Source: a virus
Reading direction: 5' to 3' (one strand)
IMG/VR virus record: IMGVR_UViG_3300022843_000001
Span: 96,001-160,000 of that record
DNA length: 64,000 bases
How positions within the stretch are numbered: position 1 is the stretch's first letter; the number at the start of each line of letters is the position of its first letter. Shown one piece after another: positions 18,640 through 27,415 of this stretch. The notes beneath the pieces were generated by a model. It was not told where the DNA came from. It made no database searches and was given only the letters and a program-made list of their open reading frames with translations. The translations under genes and the position numbers were made by a program.

Positions 18640-19402
18640 TTAGTTCGTCTGCTCTTATTTTACATTTCTTATTGTTATTTATAATATCTATAAACGCATT
18701 GCCTAAAAATCTATACAATTTACCATCAATCGTCTCTATTTCTATGTATACTTTTGTGGGTGGTACCTTATCTTGCCCCGAGTATATAATATGGCAAAGA
18801 TCATCAGACATAAACCCGTCGTCAAATTCTGAATAATCCGCGAAGTCACTATTCATTTGTTTTACAAGTGAGGTTGTTGGCACTACAATTAGTATATCTT
18901 TTTCGTTGTTGTCAAGATAATAACGAAGTATAGAATATATAATAAAAGATTTGCCAGACGCAGTTGGAGATATAACCAAAGAGTTTCTATTCTCTAGGCA
19001 ATGCTCTACCGCGGCTAATTGATAGTCGTGATGCTTTATAGGTGCGCCGCGAGAAGTAAAAGTGCAGTCATTGATCCATTCCATATCATAAGAGTGTAGA
19101 GTCCCAGGCATGCCATAATAGTTATTGTGCTCTACTTCGATCTTGTAATCTCGAGTTTTGGCAAATTCTTCAACATAAGTATAGAGCCCAATAGGCAGCT
19201 GTCTATCTCTCGAGTTAAAAATGCGAATGTAGCCGTCCCATTGCTTGTTCTTATATGAGGGCATGAACTGATATCCCTCAGGTTGAAAAGCAAAGAAGTC
19301 AGTTAACTCATTGAGTATAGAAGGCTCGGCATCAACATGCAAAAACGCTTGGTTCTTCTTTTTTAAGGTTATTGTATTCCATTCTTTCATATCACATCCC
19401 AC
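18578..19402 (-). CDS. uvsW: UvsW helicase, N-terminal half with a 62-aa foreign tail
   Basis: WDGYIRIF, DYQLAAV, SPTASGKS, VPTTSLVKQM, HIIYSGQDK, then a non-helicase tail. Confidence 0.92.
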   Translation of the reverse strand: MGCDMKEWNTITLKKKNQAFLHVDAEPSILNELTDFFAFQPEGYQFMPSYKNKQWDGYIRIFNSRDRQLPIGLYTYVEEFAKTRDYKIEVEHNNYYGMPGTLHSYDMEWINDCTFTSRGAPIKHHDYQLAAVEHCLENRNSLVISPTASGKSFIIYSILRYYLDNNEKDILIVVPTTSLVKQMNSDFADYSEFDDGFMSDDLCHIIYSGQDKVPPTKVYIEIETIDGKLYRFLGNAFIDIINNNKKCKIRADELNESHEIDDKWLQGQEHKQIL

Positions 19403-19838
19403 TTGTAAATTGACGCCATTTTATAGCATTGCCGATAGTTTGGTGTCTCCATTTTATCGACTCCATTATCTCTTTCAGTACATCTACCACGTTTTTGGTG
19501 TATTCGATTCTTGCTAGTGCTGATTGTATGTGTTCATCCGCATCATAAAAATAATGCATCTCACCTTTCATGATCTTTAAACCTTGGAGTGCATCGTAAT
19601 CCCAGCCCAGCTTATCTATTGCATCTTTGGACATTTTGCCATTATACCATAGATATTTATTTTTTAGGAGTACTTGTAGTTCTGCTTCGCGCTTTTTGAG
19701 AGTAAGTCTATACATCGACCAGATCTCTATATATTTTGAATGAAGCTTAGCACCTTGGATAGATGCTGCGTCTAGATTCATCTCGTCGATGGGAGAATCG
19801 ACTTTCCACATAGCATAGATTGCTTCTAATGTTATCAT
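19392..19838 (-). CDS. uvsY: Recombination mediator UvsY
   Basis: KLHSKYIE, YFYDAD, IKWRHQTIGNAIKWRQF; late promoter at 19873-19880. Confidence 0.9.
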   Translation of the reverse strand: MITLEAIYAMWKVDSPIDEMNLDAASIQGAKLHSKYIEIWSMYRLTLKKREAELQVLLKNKYLWYNGKMSKDAIDKLGWDYDALQGLKIMKGEMHYFYDADEHIQSALARIEYTKNVVDVLKEIMESIKWRHQTIGNAIKWRQFTSGM

Positions 19839-19883
19839 TATAAAGAGCCTTCATATAATTAGTTTACATATGTATTTATACAG

Positions 19884-20393
19884 CTATAATATCTTGTAGT
19901 AGCTGTAATTAAACGTGACGTTTGCAGTCATATATTCAACGTCAGATGCAGTTGCATCAAAAGCAACGGCAGATAAATCTACTGGAAAAGCATCAATAAA
20001 CTGTATTTGCTTATTAACATTATTTGATGAAGACAATATTGATAATGTCATATCTCGGGTTTTCTTTATGTTGTCACTTTCAACAACCTGTGCCAGAATC
20101 CAATCATGTATTTCTTGATAGTTAATTAGATTCTCGTCAATAAGAAACGTGCAGTCAAATGGACTGTAATCAATCTTATCACCATGAAAGCCTAGTTGTC
20201 TTACAGGTGTTGCAAAGTTAGCGGGTGGTAGAGAAATAGTGGGCAATGTTGCATTTTGAATAAGAAACTGAGAGTTCTTAAATTTAAGATTGTCTATAAG
20301 TAAATGAAATCCCGTAGGCGACAAATAGGAAACGTCTTCCATCATAGAAACTTCGTCTGATGAAGATATGTTGGTTTTAATATTATACGGCAT
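19884..20393 (-). CDS. g3: Tail completion/tube terminator gp3-like
   Basis: YLSPTGF, FLIDENLINYQEIHDW, DAFPVDLS, VTFNY; late promoter at 20421-20428. Confidence 0.85.
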   Translation of the reverse strand: MPYNIKTNISSSDEVSMMEDVSYLSPTGFHLLIDNLKFKNSQFLIQNATLPTISLPPANFATPVRQLGFHGDKIDYSPFDCTFLIDENLINYQEIHDWILAQVVESDNIKKTRDMTLSILSSSNNVNKQIQFIDAFPVDLSAVAFDATASDVEYMTANVTFNYSYYKIL

Positions 20394-20448
20394 AACGTTC
20401 TCTATTTTCTTGTATGTTACTATTTATAACATCTTTATCGGCGCCCAT

Positions 20449-20478
20449 AAAAAAAGGGTCGCAGCAATAGCGACCCTT
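20449..20478 (-). terminator. Intrinsic terminator after g23
   Basis: AAGGGTCGC/GCGACCCTT stem plus T-run on minus. Confidence 0.85.
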
Positions 20479-20507
20479 CCTATTATTTTCTAAAGATTAA
20501 TCAGGGA

Positions 20508-21854
20508 CTAAGCAGTAGAATCAATGATACCATTAACTTTAACAATTCTGTAATAAGTGTTTGTACGAACCGCACCTATTTCATTAGTACTGTCAACGAA
20601 TGGGTTTGCTACCATACCATAGCGAGTTTTGAAACCAATTTTAGGTTGGAATGTATTTTCACCAACAGCACGAACCATTGTTAAAGGAACATATGGGCAG
20701 TAGAAAAGACCTGCGTCATAAGCATTAGAACCTTTATAACCAATTGACATATAATCAACAGTGGCATATGGGTCAAGGATAACTTTCATGTTTCCGCCAA
20801 TTGTTCCTACAACAGTAGGACCAGTAACGTCATCACCAACAGTTAGACCATTCAAAGGTGAAGAATAATCAAGAAGACCAGCAGCATTCAATGAAGCAGC
20901 GATATCAGATGAAACGATAACGAAGTTACCTTTTCCACGGCGAGTATCGATTGCAATTTTGTTTGCTTCACGTTGGATGTGCAACATAAGCATCTTGATT
21001 TTTTCAATTGCCCAACGACCGTCAGCATCTGTAGAAAGGTCGTAAATACCAGCAGTTGTTAAACCAGCTTGTTGAGCACCAAGAACAGCACGTGAGTTAA
21101 CAGTACGAATTACTTCGCGGTTAACTTCAGCAAGAATTTCACCAGAAAGGATATTAGCCAATTCTGATTCAGCATCAAGACCATGTACAGCTTTAAGATC
21201 TTGTGCAAGTTCCATTGTGTATTCAGCTTTAAGAGCACGTGACTTTGCAGTTACAGTAGTCTTATCGATACTGAAAGACATTTCAGCAAAATGACCTTCG
21301 TTTGATTCACCGCTACCTAGAGCTTCAGAAGCAGCAGTAGTCATTGCTTGACCAACGCCGAAAGCGTCATTTACTGTGTCAGCAGGAGATGAGTCAGTTC
21401 CACCAAGTGAACTTGAATCAGCACCCATTGCAGAACCGGCACCGGTTAAATCACCAGCAGCGTTGTTTCCAGAGAAACCAGAGTTAGCTTCGCCAAATAA
21501 TGCTTCAGCACCACTTTGAGAAGTGTAACGAGATTTCATTGCAAAGATAAGTCCAGTAGGACCAGACATTGGCTGAACGCCAGCAATATCATATGCAATC
21601 AAATTAGGCATTGCGCGACGAACAAGAGAGATCAGAATTGGATCCCAGTTTGCCATTGGGCTTGCGCCACCAGCAGTAGCATTCGCAGCTTCGTTAAGAT
21701 AAGTGGATTGACCACGTTCTTCCATAAGAGCACGTTCAGTGTTCTCAAGAGCAACAGCAGTTACCGCGCGTTTTTGAGCATTACCAATAGTTTCAACGCC
21801 ATCAGCGTCGAGCATTGGTGCCCATTTTTCTAAAATTTCTTTTTGGTTTAGCAT
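20508..21854 (-). CDS. g23: Major capsid protein gp23
   Basis: LVRRAMPNLIAYDIAGVQPMSGPTG, KSRALKAEYTMELAQDL, FQPKIGFKTRYG. Confidence 0.98.
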   Translation of the reverse strand: MLNQKEILEKWAPMLDADGVETIGNAQKRAVTAVALENTERALMEERGQSTYLNEAANATAGGASPMANWDPILISLVRRAMPNLIAYDIAGVQPMSGPTGLIFAMKSRYTSQSGAEALFGEANSGFSGNNAAGDLTGAGSAMGADSSSLGGTDSSPADTVNDAFGVGQAMTTAASEALGSGESNEGHFAEMSFSIDKTTVTAKSRALKAEYTMELAQDLKAVHGLDAESELANILSGEILAEVNREVIRTVNSRAVLGAQQAGLTTAGIYDLSTDADGRWAIEKIKMLMLHIQREANKIAIDTRRGKGNFVIVSSDIAASLNAAGLLDYSSPLNGLTVGDDVTGPTVVGTIGGNMKVILDPYATVDYMSIGYKGSNAYDAGLFYCPYVPLTMVRAVGENTFQPKIGFKTRYGMVANPFVDSTNEIGAVRTNTYYRIVKVNGIIDSTA

Positions 21855-21872
21855 TTTGTTAATAACTCCGAG

Positions 21873-22871
21873 TTATTTATTATTTAACGCAGCAATATAC
21901 TGTGTCATTGAATTAGAAAGTGACTTAGTAACAGGGCCAGCTTCGTTTAATTCATCTTCATCAGCAGTAACTACAGTGGTTTTAAAGTAAGATTCTTTTA
22001 AAGTGGTTACTTTTGTAGTAAAAGTTTCAGCACTTTCAAAATCAATATCTTCGACTAAAGTTTTTAGTTTTTCAATTTCCGATTCAGACAACCCAATTGA
22101 AGACTCACGAATGATTTGTTGCTTAACAAGTTTCGCATTTTCTTCTTTAAGTTTGATGTTACGCGCAACTTCTGTATTATAATCTTCTTCAAGACCTGCA
22201 GCTTTATTGCTAAGTTCATCAACAAGATCAACCTTGCTTTCTGGAACTTCGACATAATGCTCATCGAATACAGTTTTCAGTGAACTAATAAATGATTCCG
22301 CGATTTCGGTACGAATGCCTTTTTCTACTTCGATTGTGTTATCTTCCATCCATGTTTCAACAACATAGTTTAAATAACCATCAACCTTTTCGACTAATGC
22401 TGATTGTATAGCATCAACTTCTTCGTTTAATTTTTCAGCATATTCTTCTTCTAAACGGTCAACAGTTTCATTGATTTTAGATGTAAGAGCTGCTTCAAAT
22501 ATAACAGAAGCCTTGGCACGAAATGCTTCAGATAAAGTAGATTCGCCTTCAACTAATGCGTCAAGATCTTTTTTGAATACTTCTTCTTTCTTCAATTTCT
22601 TGGCTTTTAGTTTTGCAGCAGACGCCTTAACAGCAGCGGCAGTAGCAGCGGCAGCTTCTTCGCCGTCATCTTCTACAGATTCGTCAACGTCATCTTCGTC
22701 TTCTTCGTCTTCTTCACCTTCCTTGAAAGGTTTAGCTTTTTTCTTTCCGAAGTTGTCTAGATTTTCATCTTGCTCATCTTCGTCTTCTTCTTCTTCGGTT
22801 TCCTCATCAAACTCTTCAATGTCTTCAACGAGTTCATCTTGGAGGTCATGCGGGTTTTTGTACTTTTTCAT
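21873..22871 (-). CDS. g22: Prohead core scaffold gp22
   Basis: Acidic N-terminus, VDGYLNYVVETW, GIRTEIAESF; late promoter at 22991-22998. Confidence 0.92.
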   Translation of the reverse strand: MKKYKNPHDLQDELVEDIEEFDEETEEEEDEDEQDENLDNFGKKKAKPFKEGEEDEEDEDDVDESVEDDGEEAAAATAAAVKASAAKLKAKKLKKEEVFKKDLDALVEGESTLSEAFRAKASVIFEAALTSKINETVDRLEEEYAEKLNEEVDAIQSALVEKVDGYLNYVVETWMEDNTIEVEKGIRTEIAESFISSLKTVFDEHYVEVPESKVDLVDELSNKAAGLEEDYNTEVARNIKLKEENAKLVKQQIIRESSIGLSESEIEKLKTLVEDIDFESAETFTTKVTTLKESYFKTTVVTADEDELNEAGPVTKSLSNSMTQYIAALNNK

Positions 22872-23021
22872 ATGTACAGTGCTCCTAAAATGTTAAAGTA
22901 TTGAGAGGAAATCACATGATGTAACTTCAGTCCCACTTAATCAAATAACCCATTATATAGTTAAAAACGATTATTTCAAATCATTAATTATATTTATACA
23001 AAAACGATCCTCTGGATCGAA

Positions 23022-23666
23022 TTATATCGTATTTAAGAAATCCTTAAATAATTTAAAAGATAGATCAGTATCCATCTTCTTATTTTTAAGAGTCTTTCTT
23101 TGTTCTTCCAATGTCTCCATTGCATAGACGCCATGCTTTTCATCATACAACCATTCAGCACCTTCTAAGATACCATTAACGAATGCTTCATGAGCAGAAG
23201 GGTCTTGTACAATATCAACAGTGTTAAGCATAAAATCTTCGCCTACCTGATTGATACCATTTTTTGTTACTAATGAACCCATACCCCGTGATGATACACC
23301 AAGCTGAACTCCTCCTTCAATTAAACCTTTCGCGATTAATCCCATAGGAGTATCAAGTAACTTCGCCTTTCCTAAAACATTATTTCCTTCCCAGGTCAGT
23401 TCTGTGATAAGATGAGATACTTTGTCAAGATTGATTGTAGGACCTTCTGGGTGGTTTAATTCACCAACCGATCGTCCTGCCGCTATTTGAGTTTTAGAAT
23501 ATGTCTCTACTGCCTTTTCCATGATCTTCTTTGGATATATACGGCCGTTTCGATTCTTTTTCTCTGACTGCATGAATATACCTTTTATATAGGTACTTTT
23601 CTTTTGGCCGTTAGATTCTGTGATATATTCAAGTTCTTGGCCGAAATCTTCACATATAAGTTTCAT
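23022..23666 (-). CDS. g21: Prohead protease gp21
   Basis: NRNGRIYP, GELNHP, GVSSRGMGS, DPSAHEAFV. Confidence 0.96.
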   Translation of the reverse strand: MKLICEDFGQELEYITESNGQKKSTYIKGIFMQSEKKNRNGRIYPKKIMEKAVETYSKTQIAAGRSVGELNHPEGPTINLDKVSHLITELTWEGNNVLGKAKLLDTPMGLIAKGLIEGGVQLGVSSRGMGSLVTKNGINQVGEDFMLNTVDIVQDPSAHEAFVNGILEGAEWLYDEKHGVYAMETLEEQRKTLKNKKMDTDLSFKLFKDFLNTI

Positions 23667-23818
23667 TAGTCTTCCTGTTTATAGATCGACTTACCTATCT
23701 CTACTTTCTTTGCTTCAATAGCATCTGAGATACGAGCGCCAATCTCTTGTTTGAACATTGAATTAGCTTCTGGACTATCACCATCTGCTATTGATTTAAT
23801 CATTTTTTCTATTGACAT
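23666..23818 (-). CDS. Small prohead core protein (gp67-like, 50 aa, not in the track)
   Basis: MSIEKMIKSIADGD...GARISDAIEAKKVEIGK; stop overlaps the g21 ATG. Confidence 0.7.
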   Translation of the reverse strand: MSIEKMIKSIADGDSPEANSMFKQEIGARISDAIEAKKVEIGKSIYKQED

Positions 23819-23831
23819 AATATTTCTCCGT

Positions 23832-24308
23832 TTATCCTTTAGGATAAGTTATAGATGTAAGTCTTAACAGAGAACTACCTGCAAATAAACTCTGTGTTTG
23901 ATTTTTGTCCATTACTAATGAACCTGCAGCTTCTATTGACATAGAAGCAACCGCTCTGTCGAATTGAATAACCTCTGCCGTTCCTGAACCATCAATATCA
24001 TCGGTAAGATTATTATCCAATGTTATTGCGTTGCCTGCTATAGCAGTTATAACTGAACCGGTGTCAATGTTTGCTGCAGTTGCAACATCTCCAATTAATA
24101 ATCCAACAACATTATCTAATGTCAAAACAGATTGACCTGACGCATTGTTGACTGAAGTTGTTTGTGGATTATTATCTACAAGAGTAATAACATGAGAATT
24201 TGAGCTATCTGTATTAGTAATTCGAACTGCCTTACCTAAAGACACAGTCGATGCTGTTGCTTGTGAGGTAGGAGAAGATATTTCCAAAGTCAGTGGTTTG
24301 TAATACAT
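23832..24308 (-). CDS. Hypothetical virion-associated protein
   Basis: Between g20 and g21, behind late promoter 24333-24340. Confidence 0.65.
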   Translation of the reverse strand: MYYKPLTLEISSPTSQATASTVSLGKAVRITNTDSSNSHVITLVDNNPQTTSVNNASGQSVLTLDNVVGLLIGDVATAANIDTGSVITAIAGNAITLDNNLTDDIDGSGTAEVIQFDRAVASMSIEAAGSLVMDKNQTQSLFAGSSLLRLTSITYPKG

Positions 24309-24459
24309 AGTTTCTATCCTTTAATATGTTTATATTTATACAATCTATATCTAGACTATTTCAAACCTAGAAATTTGATAGTTGTTAGCAATTTGCCGAT
24401 TATTTTACCAAACGATCCCTCTTGTTCATTACTTATTCCTTCAATACAGAAGTCATCGA

Positions 24460-26067
24460 TTATATTAATAATTTATTCAGCTCATTAATTTCATCATCTG
24501 ATTTATCTGCCTTATCTTCTTCTAAGTCTAATGGTTTATCATCCACAACCAAATCTGTGGATTCACCAAAATCGTCGTCATCGTCTGGAGCCGCGTCCTT
24601 TTCGGCCTGTATTTGTTCGATGGTTAATGCGATATCTTCATCATTCTGCATTAAAATATTCTTTCTTACCCATTCAACGGAGTAGTATCTGCCAACGTAT
24701 TCGTCAACTTCTCTAAGAGTAAGGATTCTTTCCCTTAACAATTCCGCATTTTTCATTTCTGCGAAGTGAGAATCTTTAATAAAATTAACCGAAATATCGT
24801 GCTTGATTACTAACCATTCTTCTTCAGTTACAATACCTTTGAGTATTAACTGAGTATGAAGCATGTCTATGAAAAGATTTGAAAACTTTTTTCGTATACG
24901 TGAAACAAACTTTTGAAATTTAAGTTCTTCTCTTGTAGTTTCACTTGCACGACCTAACGAGATCATACCTGAGTTTTCAGTATCTAATCTAGATGCAGGT
25001 ACAGTTAATGCCTTGTATAGTTTCTTTTGAAAATATATAATATCGTCAATCTGTCCTAGATTGTCACCACCTGGGAGAGTTGATATTTCTGTTCCTCGAC
25101 CGCCTTCGCGTCTTGGTAACCAAAAATCTTCAAGCATAGACATATGTTTATTGTTGTCTTTAAGTTCACCAGTAGATGCATCGTAGACCATTTTGTTGCG
25201 ATACCGAGCCATGATATTTCTTAGATATTCCTCGGCTTTGCCTTTAGGTAGATTACCAACGTCTATATAAAATATACGTCTTTCAGGTGCCCGTGACATA
25301 CGGTAGACAACCAAGCTGTCTTCCATCATACGCAATTGATTAACCGCTTTCATTGCTTTGTGTAGATGAGAAAGCACTTGCGTTCTAGTAGGATCAAATA
25401 ATCCAGATGTTACATATGTAATAGAATCTGGAGCAACTTTAAGTCCTGTGTTGGCCGCGCCAATTCCACCAATTCCATTCTTTTCATAGATATAAAATTC
25501 GTTTGTTCCTGTAATTATCTCTGCTTTGGTTACAGGGTCAATTTCTTTTATTACTTCTTTTACCTTTCTGATCTTGGTTGAATCAATTGGTCGTACTTCA
25601 ATCAAACCTTTTTTAGGATTGTCTGGGTCTATAATTTTGTGGTAATATAACCTACCGTCAACGTACCAACGTCTAAATATATCATGACCTTGAAAATTCA
25701 TATTCAGCAATTCGCCGATATATTCAAATTCTTTTCTTATAATATTCTTTATTCTGTCTGGTTGTTTTAAATCGTCTAGCGTAATGCTAACAGGAGATGA
25801 AGAATCGTCTGACACGATTGCTTCGTTTACTATATCGTCTACAGCTGCATCACATTCAGCTTGCATTGCTATATCACGATACTTTATAATTAGTTCTTTA
25901 TCGTTTTGCGCTTGGCCGCCGTCTTGATCTAAATATGTTCCATAATGGCCGCCAGCGTCAACTACATAACCGCCGTCATCGTCATTTACCGCTGGAACAA
26001 ACGACTTATTTTCTTTGTTTTCCTTGCCTTTTCGTACTATTTCAAATCCAAAAAAATCTAATGCCAT
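24460..26067 (-). CDS. g20: Portal protein gp20
   Basis: RRWYVDGR, RAPERRIFYIDVGNLPKGKAEEY, EDFWLPRREGGRGTEI. Confidence 0.98.
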   Translation of the reverse strand: MALDFFGFEIVRKGKENKENKSFVPAVNDDDGGYVVDAGGHYGTYLDQDGGQAQNDKELIIKYRDIAMQAECDAAVDDIVNEAIVSDDSSSPVSITLDDLKQPDRIKNIIRKEFEYIGELLNMNFQGHDIFRRWYVDGRLYYHKIIDPDNPKKGLIEVRPIDSTKIRKVKEVIKEIDPVTKAEIITGTNEFYIYEKNGIGGIGAANTGLKVAPDSITYVTSGLFDPTRTQVLSHLHKAMKAVNQLRMMEDSLVVYRMSRAPERRIFYIDVGNLPKGKAEEYLRNIMARYRNKMVYDASTGELKDNNKHMSMLEDFWLPRREGGRGTEISTLPGGDNLGQIDDIIYFQKKLYKALTVPASRLDTENSGMISLGRASETTREELKFQKFVSRIRKKFSNLFIDMLHTQLILKGIVTEEEWLVIKHDISVNFIKDSHFAEMKNAELLRERILTLREVDEYVGRYYSVEWVRKNILMQNDEDIALTIEQIQAEKDAAPDDDDDFGESTDLVVDDKPLDLEEDKADKSDDEINELNKLLI

Positions 26068-26092
26068 TATACAATACCTCTTTATATAGAAA

Positions 26093-26112
26093 GGGGAGAG
26101 CGTACCCTCCCC
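26093..26112 (-). terminator. Hairpin after g19 (probable terminator)
   Basis: GGGGAG/CTCCCC stem. Confidence 0.55.
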
Positions 26113-26136
26113 ATATGTTTCTATTATTTATAACGC

Positions 26137-26664
26137 CTAGCTTGTTGAACTGGATTCCCAATATTGGATTTGTAATTCAACTGTAAATTCTTCAATTGTG
26201 TTTTCACTATCATAGTTAACATCGATAGCAGAAACATTTGAAGGCCAACATCCACGGATATTGTAAGTCTTAGTAACAACTCCTTCTTTGTTTAGTTGTT
26301 CAACAACCATATCAGCTGAATAATCGGTAGGATTGCTCAAACCTGTATTATTGTTATGTTGGTTGATACCATTCATCCATTGCTCAAACGAGTTACGAAC
26401 ACTCATCTCAACATCATTGATAACCGTCAAGGTCCAAGGTTCGAAAGTTCTATCGCCTGCAATTTGCAGTTGACGACCACGAAAAGGAATCATGATTGGT
26501 GCAATGATTGATGCTGGAAGTGAAGCACCTTTGATAAGGAAAGATGCAAGTTCGGGGTCACCGCCCGCATATCCTGGAAAGTTACAAGTAACTCGGAACA
26601 TATTAGCCCGAGCACCGCCACCTTTTAATTTCGACTTGAAGTCATCTACGCCTAAAGTTGCCAT
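26137..26664 (-). CDS. g19: Tail tube protein gp19
   Basis: GGGARANMF, FRGRQLQIAGDRTFEPW, IEEFTVE. Confidence 0.96.
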   Translation of the reverse strand: MATLGVDDFKSKLKGGGARANMFRVTCNFPGYAGGDPELASFLIKGASLPASIIAPIMIPFRGRQLQIAGDRTFEPWTLTVINDVEMSVRNSFEQWMNGINQHNNNTGLSNPTDYSADMVVEQLNKEGVVTKTYNIRGCWPSNVSAIDVNYDSENTIEEFTVELQIQYWESSSTS

Positions 26665-27317
26665 TAATATATCTCTCCTATTTGAGTTTGTGTTGCAATG
26701 ATGTTACTCATAACTGATTTGATTTGTGTTTCGTTTATATTCATGTGTTTATTCCTATTCTCTTGCCAGGGTATAAATCTTAAGTTGTTTATATGACCTA
26801 ATAACTCGGGAGCAATATTATTATCAAAACCATATTTAATTGATATGATATGATCTAGTTGATAAGCCCCTTCTTGGCCACACAAACCTCGAGGTTTGTC
26901 ATAATTCTTCAAAGACGATAAGTCATTTAATCTTGTAACTCTCAGCACATTCGCATAATATGCTTTCTGGGCATCTTTGTTGGAATTCCAACGTGGATGA
27001 TTCGTCCCTTGCATATTAGGCATTATTCTGCCCTTATTAGCTCTACCAGCAACATTTCCCTTCATCTGAATGCTTTTGCGGCATGTGTAACAAGTATCAG
27101 TATTTCTACTATATCTTTGCGTATAAGTTTCTTCACATAGATCACATTTACATTCAACATCAACACACGAACCGCTCAGAAGTTCAGACACCAATACTTT
27201 AATTCTTGGTATGATTCCCCATCGCGGCGCTGGATTATCAAATGAATAACCCTTTGATTGCCAATATTTCATGTTACTGGATGAAATCTTCATTTCGATA
27301 TATTTCGTTATTATCAT
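26664..27317 (-). mobile_element. Free-standing HNH homing endonuclease between g18 and g19
   Basis: YQLDHIISIK...NLRFIPWQENRNK; same family as 13152-13748. Confidence 0.8.
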
Positions 27318-27415
27318 CTTTGTTTACCTTTAACAAAACCTAAAAATGTGTTTATGCAGAACGATAGGTTATTCGTCTCTTCGGGTGGCCACCCTAGCAT
27401 AAACATAACTCTTAT

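Noticed and set aside
17791-18766. Group I intron interrupting uvsW
   Set aside because: The insert is fully occupied by overlapping ORFs, with no non-coding space or recognisable P/Q/R/S core, and the C-half has its own ATG
17780-18766. Functional split intein in uvsW
   Set aside because: No Cys/Ser at position 1, no block B TxxH, no terminal His-Asn; kept only as a degenerate-remnant hypothesis
22471-22896. 141-aa plus-strand ORF
   Set aside because: Antisense shadow of the acidic low-complexity part of g22
24433-24462. Readthrough of the portal stop (LLI*SMTSVLKE*)
   Set aside because: Only 8 codons follow, which can easily arise by chance
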